From assembly GCA_031549145.1 (NCBI GenBank), contig JAVBQI010000051.1, positions 1,672 to 65,671 of the forward strand: 64,000 nt of DNA, written 5' to 3'. This document shows, piece by piece, positions 15,923 to 25,503 of this stretch (within the stretch, counting starts at the first letter, position 1; each line of letters opens with the position of its first letter). Both the position numbers and the translations under genes were made by a program. The stretch comes from Thermoguttaceae bacterium (GTDB lineage: Bacteria > Planctomycetota > Planctomycetia > Pirellulales > Thermoguttaceae). The notes below the pieces were generated by a model. It was not told the origin of the DNA. It did no database searches and saw nothing but the letters and a program-made list of their open reading frames with translations.

Positions 15923-18202
15923 TCACCATTTTTGAATATATCCCAGGGAAAAGTAATGGCCGACGCTTTTGTCGAAAACGGTCAGGTCGTAATCGCCGTA
16001 AAACGATCGCGAACCGCTCAAGGTCCAACGGAAACCAACCCCGCCGCTCAGGTAATCCTTGCCGAGATCGACGCCGTAGGTTTCGATCCGCGTCCCGGGC
16101 GAGCCGGCGAACCGGGCACTGGAGATCGGGCACGAATCCCCGATGATCTGCCGCCCGTAGTAGAACCGGCTCATTAACGCGAACGGCGTGCAATGCTCGA
16201 CGGAGCCGAGTTGCGAGGTAAAACCGATCCGGCAAAACGTCCGGTCCCAAAACGCCCGGTCATACACCAACTCGAAACCGCTGTCGCCGGTCTCCGCGCA
16301 ACCGTATTGCCAGGTCAAGTCCGAATCGATCGCGAAGACCGGTCGAAAACTGAAAAGGCCCACTTCGAGCGGGATCGCGAATTCCAACGCCATTGACATC
16401 GAATCCCCGCCGTAATCGCCGTCGATTCGCGAAATTTGCATGTCCAGATTCTCGTCCGGCAAGGCGATAAACCGCCTCGAATCGTAACTTTGGTGCCCGT
16501 AACCAGCGTAAATCTTGGTCTCCAATACGTCTTTGACCCGGGTGCCTCCGTAAAACCCGAAATGCAGATCGTTGACCTCGAATTCCTCGCCGTCGGCGTA
16601 AAGATACGGCATCGAATAACCGAAAAGCATCCCGAAGGTCACATCGTCGTCGACCCGCTCTTCCGAACCAATCAGGATTCCGGTCCGCGAGATGCCGTAA
16701 GCACTCGAATTGAAATCGGCGTCCATATCGGTCGTTTGGTGTATGAATTCCAACCAAACCCCGTTCCCTTCCGAAGTGCCGCAAGGGGTCAGGTCGAGAT
16801 GGGAAAGGCCGTAACGGGAAGCCTGCCATTGGCCGAGCATCATCGAATTCGCCCGGCCGGTTCCGGAGAGCCGATCGTACACGGCCCGGGCTTGGGCGGG
16901 CGAACTGTCAACCAATTGACTTAAATTCGTGAGTGATTCCCACATTTTGTCGCTCGTGTTTTCGTTGATCGCGTTTTCGAGGGCGTTACCGACCTGGGAT
17001 TGATTGTGCGTGATCGCGGGATCGAGGAAAAAGCCGTAATCGCGCTCGACGGTCAACTCTGTACCCGGATTGTCGTTTGCGGTTACCGTCAGGAATTTTT
17101 GGCGAATGTCGATTTTGCCGTGATCGAAAAGAATAGGGCCCCCGCTGCCGTCGTCCGTCACGAAATCGGAATACGTGAGCGGAATGTCGTAGGCTCCCGC
17201 CCGGGCGTCGATTTCGAGGTTTGTGTTCGCTCCGTTGCCGTTATCGAACGTTCCGCTGACGATGATTTCGTCCGATTCGCCGGCATCGTTGATCCGGATG
17301 CTCAAGGTGCTGCCCGCATCCATTGTCAAGTTGCCGTCGACGTTCAGCGTTGCGATTTGATCGAGCGCCTCGCCGCTCCGGGTTCCGGGGGCGAGCGTGC
17401 CGCCGCTTTCGATGATCGTGTCGCCGACGGTTCCGCCGGAACCTCCGAGCACGGCTCCGTCGGCGACGTTGACGCTCACGTCGGAAAGATTGCCGCCGAC
17501 TAACAGCATTCCCCCGTTGACGTTGGCCGTTCCGGTAAACAGCGGGCTGTCGCTCGAAAAGGTCATTGTCCCACTTCCGACCTTATTGAATGTTCCGCTT
17601 CCGGTCACTGTTCCGTAAAAGAGCGTATCGGAATCATCTCCCCCGGCGGTCAGCGTTCCGGTGGTCCCGATTGCAACCGTGCCGCCGCCGGAAAGCGAGG
17701 CGACGGTTTGCGAGGAGTCGGTGATATCGAGCGTCCCGCCGACGCCGACAATGACCGCAGAATCGGCCGAAAGGATGCCGTCTTTCGAATTCGCAATGAT
17801 TTTTCCGGCATTGATGATCGTTTGTCCCGTGTTCGTGTTACTCGCTTTATCCGCGGTCAGAATCAAGTTGCCGTTACCGTTTTTCGTCAAGCTCCCAGCC
17901 CCGGAAATGACGCCGTTGATCGTCAATGTCGTGCTGTCCGGCGTTGAAAAGATGCCGTTGGCGTCCATTATCACTTTGCCGGACCAACTTTGATTGCTGG
18001 TGATCGAAACAACCGGCGTTGGAGCGGTAAACCGCATCGTCGAGTTCGCCCCGAGATCGTTGGTGATCACGTAAGAGCTCCCCTTGTCGGTATCGTTGAT
18101 ACTGACATTTCCGGACTGACCGAAAGCGAGTTCTCCTGAGAACCTGAGAAGAGAGAGAAAAAATATCCCCAAGAGTATTATGTTTTGTCGGTTTTTGCTC
18201 AT
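15923..18202 (-). CDS. Autotransporter outer-membrane protein (PATR-type beta-strand passenger + C-terminal beta-barrel)
   Basis: ORF 15923..18265, ATG at 18202 gives signal peptide MSKNRQNIILLGIFFLSLLRF. Repeated G-rich passenger repeats (GTLTAGGDDSDTLFYGTVTGSGTFNKVGSGTMTF). C-terminal aromatic-rich barrel ends ...FSLGYIQKW. Confidence 0.85.
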   Translation of the reverse strand: MSKNRQNIILLGIFFLSLLRFSGELAFGQSGNVSINDTDKGSSYVITNDLGANSTMRFTAPTPVVSITSNQSWSGKVIMDANGIFSTPDSTTLTINGVISGAGSLTKNGNGNLILTADKASNTNTGQTIINAGKIIANSKDGILSADSAVIVGVGGTLDITDSSQTVASLSGGGTVAIGTTGTLTAGGDDSDTLFYGTVTGSGTFNKVGSGTMTFSSDSPLFTGTANVNGGMLLVGGNLSDVSVNVADGAVLGGSGGTVGDTIIESGGTLAPGTRSGEALDQIATLNVDGNLTMDAGSTLSIRINDAGESDEIIVSGTFDNGNGANTNLEIDARAGAYDIPLTYSDFVTDDGSGGPILFDHGKIDIRQKFLTVTANDNPGTELTVERDYGFFLDPAITHNQSQVGNALENAINENTSDKMWESLTNLSQLVDSSPAQARAVYDRLSGTGRANSMMLGQWQASRYGLSHLDLTPCGTSEGNGVWLEFIHQTTDMDADFNSSAYGISRTGILIGSEERVDDDVTFGMLFGYSMPYLYADGEEFEVNDLHFGFYGGTRVKDVLETKIYAGYGHQSYDSRRFIALPDENLDMQISRIDGDYGGDSMSMALEFAIPLEVGLFSFRPVFAIDSDLTWQYGCAETGDSGFELVYDRAFWDRTFCRIGFTSQLGSVEHCTPFALMSRFYYGRQIIGDSCPISSARFAGSPGTRIETYGVDLGKDYLSGGVGFRWTLSGSRSFYGDYDLTVFDKSVGHYFSLGYIQKW

Positions 18203-18475
18203 TCTAAATTTCCCAATATACAACCAAAACCGCCTGATTCTCGTATTTTGCGCAATCTGACACACAGGACAGTAGTTCCTATGCTACTTATCGGATTGAT
18301 ACAGTCAAATTATTCGGAATAATCAGAAAAATCAGAATAAATTACCAAGATATCCTGTTTTGTGCCTCGTCAGAAAGATTGCTCCGAGAAGGTAGACGCC
18401 GTATCCGATTCGGGCTAGAATCAAAGGGCGTTCCAAAAATCGAATTCCATATTCGCAAAGTCTGTTCATAAAACG

Positions 18476-20008
18476 ATGAAAAACCGCGGCATTCTTTTTT
18501 TGATTCTCTTCGTCTTCTTCGGAACATCGTTTTTTTCGTTGGAAGCCCAGGTCGGGACGACGACCGGCGAAGAGTCTTCGCGCCAACCGACGGCCGAGGA
18601 AAGGGTTCAAATCCGCAAGGAGGCGGCGATTCAACGGCGTCAGGAAAAAGAAAAACAGGAACAGGAACGGGAGCTTGAGCGGATCAAAAAAGAAACCGCC
18701 GAACGACTGATCGAAGAAGGAAAGGCCCAAAGTCCTATTTTTCAGGAGAATCGGCCGATCGATTATCTCAAACTGGACGTTCCCAAGCAGGAAACGAAAA
18801 AACCGGCGAATTTTATCGTCAAGAAAGAGACGAATGTTTTTCGAGCCGTTTCGCATCCTTTGTTGGGAGAAGGTTGGAACCTGCTTTTCGACGGGAAAAC
18901 CTTTTTCGGTTGGCGGGTTCAAAAGGAAGGGCATTACGGAGGCGGCAAATTTACGATCGAGAACGAGGCGATTTGCAGCGATCCGGCTCATCCGGGCCTT
19001 CTGTACACGACCGCTCAATTCGGCGACATTGTTTTGGAATTCGAAATGCAGGCCGAAGAAGGCACGGAAGCGTTTCTCTTGTGCCGGACCTCACCGAACC
19101 CGAAAAACCTCGCCAGCTCCTGTTATGCGATTTTGCTTTCTTCCGCCTCGCCGGCGCGGTATCCCGGCTCCTTGATCGGCCGACAGGAGGCCGCTCCGGT
19201 TCCATCGGATATCGACATCAACAAAGGGGACGGCAGCGAACGGCCTTGGCGCAAGTTTTTCGTTATTGCGAGCGACCAGGTGATCAAGGTTTCTTACGAC
19301 AGGATGGTCGAGAACAATTACCTCGACCCGAAACCGCTGGGCCGGGGATACATCGGCCTTTTGGTGACGCGGGGCAAGGCACGTTTTCGCAACATGGTTT
19401 GGACGACGGGATCCGCCGAGACGCTTTTTGACGGCTACGATTCGCGAAACTGGACGACTCCCGAAGGCTCGAAAACGGTCAGCTCCGTTATTGCCTCAAG
19501 CTTGCATCTCGACGGCGGACCGGGAATGATCGAATCGAAAGGACAGTACGACAATTTCGTGTTTCGGTGCGAGTACCGGGCAATGAACGAAGGGACGAAT
19601 TCGGGCGTTTTTTTTCGATCGATCCCGGGCGAAAACATGAACGGGTACGAGTGTCAAATCAACGACCTGCCGAGTGAGGAAGATCGAAAAAAATATATCG
19701 GTTGCGACACCGGGGGAATCTTCCGCCTCCAAAACGCGAGAAAGGTCGGGGCCAGGGACAAACAATGGAACTCGCTCACGATTCTCGCGGTCGACAACCA
19801 CATCGAAACCTGGGTCAACGGCATTCCGGTCGCGGACTTTTTCGACCGCCGCCCGGCCGAGCAGGCGGAGGAGCCGAACCCGCGCAAAGGGCTCCGTTTG
19901 CAAGCGGGAACGATTCAACTGCAAGGGCACGACGCCGGAACGCAAATCGACTTTCGCGACATCACGGTCTCTCCGATCCCGCCGCGAGGGCCGACGACGC
20001 GACGGTAG
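18476..20008 (+). CDS. Secreted protein with coiled-coil N-region and two DUF1080 (3-keto-disaccharide hydrolase-like) domains
   Basis: Signal peptide, then an E/K/Q-rich stretch. Two copies of the LFDGK..GW / TLFDG..NW ... GxIxLQ.H pattern, ending GTIQLQGHDAGTQIDFRDITV. Confidence 0.8.
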   Translation: MKNRGILFLILFVFFGTSFFSLEAQVGTTTGEESSRQPTAEERVQIRKEAAIQRRQEKEKQEQERELERIKKETAERLIEEGKAQSPIFQENRPIDYLKLDVPKQETKKPANFIVKKETNVFRAVSHPLLGEGWNLLFDGKTFFGWRVQKEGHYGGGKFTIENEAICSDPAHPGLLYTTAQFGDIVLEFEMQAEEGTEAFLLCRTSPNPKNLASSCYAILLSSASPARYPGSLIGRQEAAPVPSDIDINKGDGSERPWRKFFVIASDQVIKVSYDRMVENNYLDPKPLGRGYIGLLVTRGKARFRNMVWTTGSAETLFDGYDSRNWTTPEGSKTVSSVIASSLHLDGGPGMIESKGQYDNFVFRCEYRAMNEGTNSGVFFRSIPGENMNGYECQINDLPSEEDRKKYIGCDTGGIFRLQNARKVGARDKQWNSLTILAVDNHIETWVNGIPVADFFDRRPAEQAEEPNPRKGLRLQAGTIQLQGHDAGTQIDFRDITVSPIPPRGPTTRR

Positions 20009-20020
20009 CACATCGCCAAC

Positions 20021-20050
20021 CCCCGTTTAGCCGAGCGGCGCAGACGCCGG
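20021..20050 (+). repeat. Repeat family E copy 1 (28-nt core CCGTTTAGCCGAGCGGCGCAGACGCCGG)
   Basis: Exact core, 13 nt after the stop of the DUF1080 gene. Confidence 0.9.
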
Positions 20051-20262
20051 AGTAACTTGCGGCTGCCTTGTCGGTCTGACGCTGGAAAACACGGGGTTTT
20101 TGAAAACGCGACCGATAAAAACGAGGCGGAGTTGCCCTTGTGGCTGCAATCCCGCCGCCGTTTTCTTAAAATTTCATGTCGCGATTGTAGCATAGGCGGG
20201 TTGGCAGGCAAGGTCACTTTTGGCCATCATCTTCATTATCAACACTTCTACTAAGTCGTATC

Positions 20263-20726
20263 TTAGGCAACGAATGTTTCCCGTCGACGAAAATACTCAT
20301 CTTCGTTCAACACGATACTATTGAAAAACGGCACGTACTTCTGAATGTCGAATTCCTTGTTCTCGCGAATGGTCATGTAATAGCCGTACTTTTCGAAAAA
20401 TACGACGCAGACAAGATACTTACTCCATGCAGTATCAACGGAACGGATCGTACCGCCATAATGCAACGTACCGATGGCGATTTCGATCTGCTGTGCGGGA
20501 ATACGTGTGTAAAATGACGAAAGCGAGTGCGTGCTATCGATCAATGTCGCCTTATGATACAGAACTTCGCTAGGAGAGCGAATTGCTAAGCTGTATAAAT
20601 TCGGCCCTCTTTTTTCATGCACCAATCGAAGGGGGTCGAACGCTCGCTCATCTTGTAATTAGGGAGAAGCGTGAACGAAATCATTTCGTCTTGGTATGTC
20701 GTGAATTTTTCCATGATATTCTTCAT
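20263..20726 (-). pseudogene. Low-GC orphan gene split into two overlapping ORFs at an A6 tract
   Basis: A 46-aa ORF at 20586..20726 (MKNIMEKFTTYQDEMISFTLLPNYKMSERSTPFDWCMKKEGRIYTA*) overlaps the 120-aa ORF 20263..20625 in the -1 frame. The junction is at ATGAAAAAAGAG (plus-strand T6 at 20610..20615). The region is visibly AT-richer than its flanks. Confidence 0.5.
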
Positions 20727-20824
20727 TTTGATTGGGTGTTGGGTCGCGTTCCCGGCGCTGCGGGAACAGGAATGACGAAAAACCGTAACCGTTCACGATC
20801 TTTTGAATCGCAGGGCGAGGCCAA

Positions 20825-20942
20825 GAATAAAAGCCGGAAAGGAGCGCAGCGCATTGACGGCGTGTTGAGATTGAACGCCGGTTGAGTTTGAAGCCAACAC
20901 ACCGTCAATGCGCCGAGTACGGCTCCTTTCCGGCTTTTATTC
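20825..20942. repeat. Repeat family G: palindrome of about 118 nt
   Basis: GAATAAAAGCCGGAAAGGAGC..GCGCATTGACGGCGTGTTG ... CAACACACCGTCAATGCGC..GCTCCTTTCCGGCTTTTATTC. The right-arm motif CTTTCCGGCTTTT also occurs at 1..27 and 52887..52930. Confidence 0.88.
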
Positions 20943-20998
20943 GAACGAGGTGGGTTCGTGATTCCGGGCTCATGGTCGTCGGTGTCTACGCCGCTCGG

Positions 20999-21859
20999 CT
21001 AAACGGGGGGCTCGTCGCTCTCTTCGATTCCGGACGGTTGGCCGCTCCAACCGAGTTTTTCGCGCAAGGTCGCGTAGTACGAGTGCCCCAGGGTCTCGAT
21101 CATGCAAAAGGCGACATTCGCCCGGCGAATCACCGCCCGGTCGCTCGGCTCCAACGTCGCGATCGTCGCCCCGTCAACGACAATTTTGGCCGGCAGCCCG
21201 ACCCCGCGCAGCGTGTACGCCCGGTCCGCCGAATCGACCACCGGCCGGTGCGAGAGCGAATGCGGGCTGATCGGGGTAATGACGATCGCGTCGAGGTCTT
21301 TCCGCAAAATCGGGCCGCCCGCCGAAAGATTGTGGGCCGTCGATCCGACCGGAGTGCTCAGGATCAGTCCGTCGCAACGGAATGTCGTAACCGGCAGCCC
21401 ATCGACCGAGAGGGCAACGCTCATGATCCGGAACGAATCGTCCCCGCGAAAGGCGATCACTTCGTTGAGGCAGAGGCGACTCTGCTCCGGTTCTTCCGCC
21501 TGCCCTCGCCAGATTTGGCATTCGAGCATCAAATGCTTGACGATCGGCAGCCGCTTCAAGTCGAGCGACTTCAAAACGTCGATCAATTCGTAAGAATGAA
21601 CGCTCGCGAGAAACCCCAGCGTTCCGAGATTGACCGCGAGAACCGGCCGCTGCCGTTGCCCCATCTGCCGGGCACTCCGGAGAATCGCCCCGTCCCCGCC
21701 GAAAACGACCGCGAGTTCGGCCTCAACCATCGAAAAATCCGCCGTCCCGTCGAAATCGACGCCGACCGGTTCCAAGTACCGCTCGATACTCGGCCGAAAC
21801 CGTTCAAAGGTTTCCCGAACCCCGGGCCGCTCGCCCGAGCCCATGATGATTACCCGCAT
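20999..21859 (-). CDS. nadK: NAD+ kinase
   Basis: VVFGGDGAILRSARQM (GGDG motif), NLGTLGFL and STPVGSTAHNLSAGGPIL are conserved NadK blocks. Confidence 0.92.
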   Translation of the reverse strand: MRVIIMGSGERPGVRETFERFRPSIERYLEPVGVDFDGTADFSMVEAELAVVFGGDGAILRSARQMGQRQRPVLAVNLGTLGFLASVHSYELIDVLKSLDLKRLPIVKHLMLECQIWRGQAEEPEQSRLCLNEVIAFRGDDSFRIMSVALSVDGLPVTTFRCDGLILSTPVGSTAHNLSAGGPILRKDLDAIVITPISPHSLSHRPVVDSADRAYTLRGVGLPAKIVVDGATIATLEPSDRAVIRRANVAFCMIETLGHSYYATLREKLGWSGQPSGIEESDEPPV

Positions 21860-21876
21860 GTCGTGTGTTTTTTAAA

Positions 21877-21953
21877 GGCTATAGGCTATAGGCTGTAGGC
21901 TGTAGGCTGTAGGACCGGTTTTCCAACCGCTCCCTACAGTCTATAGCCTCTAG
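21877..21953. repeat. Heptamer hairpin H3: (CTATAGG/CTGTAGG)x5 - TTTTCCAACC core - CCCTACAGTCTATAGCC
   Basis: Lies between the nadK start (21859) and the PMM-like stop (21956). Same core as H1 and H9, in inverted orientation. Confidence 0.9.
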
Positions 21954-21955
21954 TC

Positions 21956-23059
21956 TTACCGAGGCATTTGCTCCCGGATTTTCGCGAACGGTTTGCCCTG
22001 GTGCGCGATGTAATCGAGAATCCAGCAGATCGTAAACAGGGCGTCGCAGTTGCCGCAAATCGCCCGAAAAAAATGTCTCCCCGTCGAATCGACCCCCAAG
22101 GGTGCCGAGGTCGCAATCATCATCCGCCAAAATTCGGCGTGCTCCGATTCGACCAACATCGGTTTCGCCCCCCATCGGGCCGCGGCGTCGATCACGTCCG
22201 GAGAGCAACCCCGGTCGTGTAAAAAAATCTCGTTTTCCAACGAAGCCCCGAACGACTGAACCAGGAGCCCATTCAGCTCCGCCGGTTGGAGCGGGACGCC
22301 GTTGCCGTCGATCAGCGTCAGGCAGCGGCCGTCGATTCCGAGAACAAAGCCGAGATCCGCCCGAATCCGGTCGACCTCTTCGGAGAGCGGATCGCACGCA
22401 TCCCCCCCCCCGTTGTTTTCACATTTTTCCGCGAGGCCGTAATCGGAGGAATCGCGAATCGCCGAAACAAGTAAACGGGGAAAGACGGCTTGCAGATAAC
22501 GTCGCGCCAAACCGGCCCAAGGACCGAATTTCGGATCGAGAACGACATGGGCCGAGATCGCGGGCGAGTCGAACCAAGTGTCCTGCAACCAACTCACGTA
22601 ATCGAACGAGACATCCAAACTTCGTTCCGGCAAGGGATCGAGGGTGGTTGGAGTGAGGGGCGGCTTTCCGTTGACCGCTTTCCGCAAGAATTCGACCTGT
22701 TGCCGGTTGGGAACGGCGTTGTCGATCGACCATTCCAAACCGTTGGCCGCCTCGGAGGCAAAAGGAGCGGTAATGATTGCGCAGCCGTCCGCCTTGATCC
22801 GTCTCGCCGCGTAATAAACCATAGGAACGGGGAGCGACCCGACATCGACGACGGCCGCGTTGCCCGATTTCAGACCTTCGACCAGGGCCGGCAAAAAAAT
22901 CGGGCTGCTGCTTCGAGCATCGGCCGCGACAAGAAATTTTCCCCGGGACGGAACGAGCGACCCGAGCGCAGCCCCCAACTTCCGGTACACGTCCGGCGTG
23001 AGCGGCGACGGGACATCGCCGTATATTCCGTTACAGTCGAATCTCTGAAAACTGTTCAA
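21956..23059 (-). CDS. Phosphohexomutase (PGM/PMM)-like protein with degenerate active site
   Basis: The fold-level pattern is PGM/PMM-like. The phosphoserine loop reads ITAPFASEAANG instead of TASHNPxxxNG, and the metal loop reads GIDGRCLTLID instead of DGDGDR. Only 367 aa. Confidence 0.6.
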   Translation of the reverse strand: MNSFQRFDCNGIYGDVPSPLTPDVYRKLGAALGSLVPSRGKFLVAADARSSSPIFLPALVEGLKSGNAAVVDVGSLPVPMVYYAARRIKADGCAIITAPFASEAANGLEWSIDNAVPNRQQVEFLRKAVNGKPPLTPTTLDPLPERSLDVSFDYVSWLQDTWFDSPAISAHVVLDPKFGPWAGLARRYLQAVFPRLLVSAIRDSSDYGLAEKCENNGGGDACDPLSEEVDRIRADLGFVLGIDGRCLTLIDGNGVPLQPAELNGLLVQSFGASLENEIFLHDRGCSPDVIDAAARWGAKPMLVESEHAEFWRMMIATSAPLGVDSTGRHFFRAICGNCDALFTICWILDYIAHQGKPFAKIREQMPR

Positions 23060-23305
23060 TTTTAAAGTGGTCTATGCGGCGTGCCGTTTTGTTTGCCCAA
23101 GGCCTTTACGTGCCTCGTACCCCAACGGATTATAGAGCGTAAGGAGGTGAGCGGCTAGTGTTTGATTCCTTTTTTACTGTTCTGCCGTCTTGCCTATTTG
23201 TCCCATTTTTACGAAAATGACGAATAAACCGATCGTCTCAAGAAAATCCCATACCGTGTCCAAGGTCCGCAAGTTGCGCTTCGCTACACTTGCGGCTCTT
23301 TTTTT

Positions 23306-23339
23306 ACCCGTTTAGCCGAGCGGCGCAGACGCCGGTACC
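23306..23339 (+). repeat. Repeat family E copy 2
   Basis: Exact core abutting the FHA gene stop codon. Preceded at 23259..23305 by a half-copy of the 37184 hairpin module. Confidence 0.9.
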
Positions 23340-23822
23340 TCAAAAGAATTCGACGTCGTCCGGTGTCAGGGAACCGTAGTCGATCTCGCCGTCTTTCGAT
23401 TTGCCCTTGACCTTTTCGTGTGTCGCGGTCGGCGGCTTTTTCGAACCTTTGGAAAGCCCGACCCGCTCCAAAAGCGATTTGGAAAACACGTCGGTTTCGA
23501 GCATGTCCGGGGGTAGGGCTCCGACCGCTCCGTTTTTCTGCGGATCGTATTGCATGATATACGCATGGTCGGCGAAAAAGATTTTCGCCCCGGGATCGAC
23601 CCGACGGTCCATCGTCCGCAGCCCGTTGATTTTAACGCCGTTGGAACTGTTCAAATCGAGGGCGTACCAATAGCCGTCGGACAAGACCAGTCGGCAATGC
23701 TTGCCCGAAACGTTTTTGAACCGGAGGACGACGTCGCAATCCTCTTTGCGGCCGACGATGATTTCCTTCTTTTTCAGCGGAATATCGTCTCCGCCTCCGA
23801 GAGGACTTAACATGCCAAACAT
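23340..23822 (-). CDS. FHA domain-containing protein
   Basis: IIVGRKEDCDVVLRFKNVSGKHCRLVLSDGYWYALDLNSSNGVKINGLR is a canonical FHA core. Confidence 0.88.
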   Translation of the reverse strand: MFGMLSPLGGGDDIPLKKKEIIVGRKEDCDVVLRFKNVSGKHCRLVLSDGYWYALDLNSSNGVKINGLRTMDRRVDPGAKIFFADHAYIMQYDPQKNGAVGALPPDMLETDVFSKSLLERVGLSKGSKKPPTATHEKVKGKSKDGEIDYGSLTPDDVEFF

Positions 23823-23892
23823 ATTTGATTTTCCTTGATGGGTTGTTTTTCAAAAAGATTGAGGCTGTCGTTTGAAAATTGATGTTTTTCTT

Positions 23893-24085
23893 CGCCCCGG
23901 AGGGGCGGTACATCGATAACCCCCGGTTTTAACCGGGGGCAAAGAGTTCGCCTCCTATATTTTTAGCCCCAACGGGGCGTCACTTGTCGGCTTTGTTACG
24001 CCCCGTTGGGGCTTGGAAATATTTTGCGCTCTCCATTCCCCCGGCTCACGCCGGGGGTTAGTGACATGCCGTCCCTTCAGGACGA
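23893..24085. repeat. Repeat family F cluster 1 (five GC-rich hairpins: CCCCAACGGGGC / CCCCCGG types)
   Basis: CGCCCCGGAGGGGCG, CCCCCGGTTTTAACCGGGGG, AGCCCCAACGGGGCG...CGCCCCGTTGGGGCT, CCCCCGGCTCACGCCGGGGG, GTCCCTTCAGGAC. Confidence 0.85.
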
Positions 24086-24112
24086 AAAAAGGAGGAGCAA
24101 AAAACAACTTAC

Positions 24113-24218
24113 CGTGCTCCGCACAAAATTGAGCCAAGGGGTTTCCCGAGCGAAGCGACGAAAGCCCCGATACCGTGAGTGTTGAGTTCAAAGCTCCGGT
24201 TCAATTTTTTCGCGGAGG
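24113..24218 (-). repeat. Repeat family B copy 3 (inverted)
   Basis: Reverse complement of the B consensus: GTGCTCCGCACAAAATTGAGCCAAGGGG...GGTTCAATTTTTTCGCGGAGG. Confidence 0.9.
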
Positions 24219-24252
24219 ACAATATTTGCGACATTCTCAAAAGTTCGCGTTT

Positions 24253-25218
24253 TCATTTTTCCGTGAGCGAGCCGATGGGAATATACCGGTATTGCCCCCG
24301 ATTTTCCGAAGCTAATCGTTTCAAATAATTGTTGCCCGAAGGCTGCGTTCCGGTACCGAATTGAATGACGTTGATCTGTATTCCCCCAACCCGTCGGGAA
24401 ACACGGTCCCATTGCCCAGGATGCAAATCGTCCTTCGCTTCTCCGTCCGTCAGCAGGAATATGACATCCGGCCCCCATTTCGCGGCCGCGAGAATCGCTT
24501 TTTCGTGGTCGGTTCCGCCCGTCGGGACAACGGAATCGACAAATCTGTGCGCCGATTCCTTGTTGATGTCGGTCGCGAAGATCAGATGATTGGCCGTTTT
24601 CGGCGAGGGAAAAATCGTAACATCCTCATTATAAAAGAGGATCGCGAGCTGATGATTACTTTTGAGAGCGTCCAGAGATGCAAGAAGTTCCACTTTCGCG
24701 GCCCGAATCGGCCGATGATTCGGCTCGCTCATGCTCAGGGATCGGTCGAACACATAGGCGAAACGGGAACCGGTTCCCTGCAATCCGAAGACGCGGACCG
24801 TCGCCTTCGCTCCTTCCATTCCCGATCCGAAACCGTTGCCAACGAGAGAACCGGCACTGTCTCCGGCCCGGCCCGCCCCACCCGCCTCATTCGCGGCCGC
24901 GGACGGCCCGATCGCGTTTTCAACCGGCAGCGGCAGCCCACCGTCCGTTTCGAATAACGATTCGGTCTCTTCGATCAGGTCCGATAGCCGATCGATACGA
25001 GGGGCTCCCCCGCTCGGCTCCAACGTTCCGTCCTCGCCGGTATAGACGGTTCCCTCTTCCGACTCCGTTTTGAGAACGATTCCGACATCTCCGGTCGTTT
25101 CGAATCCCGGAGCCCCTTTGATTCGCGGTTCAAACGGAATCAAGTAAAACAGGAGCAAAAAGCCGGCGGCGTGCAAAAGCAGCGAGCCGAACCAGGAAGG
25201 AAGCCGAAAAGAGGACAT
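24253..25218 (-). CDS. Membrane-anchored von Willebrand factor A (VWA) domain protein
   Basis: N-terminal TM segment, then a VWA/MIDAS-like pattern: VFDRSLSMSE...GGTDHEKAI...VIFLLTDGEA. Confidence 0.85.
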   Translation of the reverse strand: MSSFRLPSWFGSLLLHAAGFLLLFYLIPFEPRIKGAPGFETTGDVGIVLKTESEEGTVYTGEDGTLEPSGGAPRIDRLSDLIEETESLFETDGGLPLPVENAIGPSAAANEAGGAGRAGDSAGSLVGNGFGSGMEGAKATVRVFGLQGTGSRFAYVFDRSLSMSEPNHRPIRAAKVELLASLDALKSNHQLAILFYNEDVTIFPSPKTANHLIFATDINKESAHRFVDSVVPTGGTDHEKAILAAAKWGPDVIFLLTDGEAKDDLHPGQWDRVSRRVGGIQINVIQFGTGTQPSGNNYLKRLASENRGQYRYIPIGSLTEK

Positions 25219-25503
25219 TTGTTATTGTGCGATAATCAATATTGGGGGAAAGGGGATCGTTCGTTATTCCCGAGAGAGTTTATATAGTACGTACGGCATG
25301 TTTCGTGCAATTTTACAAGACACAAAATATTTTTCAACGACAATTCCTTTTTTTCCGATTTTTATTGAATTCCGGGCCGTTTATTTTCCGATATTTTCAA
25401 TTGGGATTGTTTTTCAGCCGAGATAATCCGTCTGAATGGGTGGTACGAACCGCCATATCTGAGGCAAAACCGCCGAGTACGGGCTAAATACGCCGGGAGT
25501 CAT

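Noticed and set aside
23340-25218. FHA protein plus VWA protein considered as a candidate signalling or defence pair.
   Set aside because: The genes are separated by about 430 nt of repeat DNA. No kinase, phosphatase, ATPase or nuclease partner lies nearby. Both domains are common in this kind of genome, so there is no sequence-level evidence for a system.
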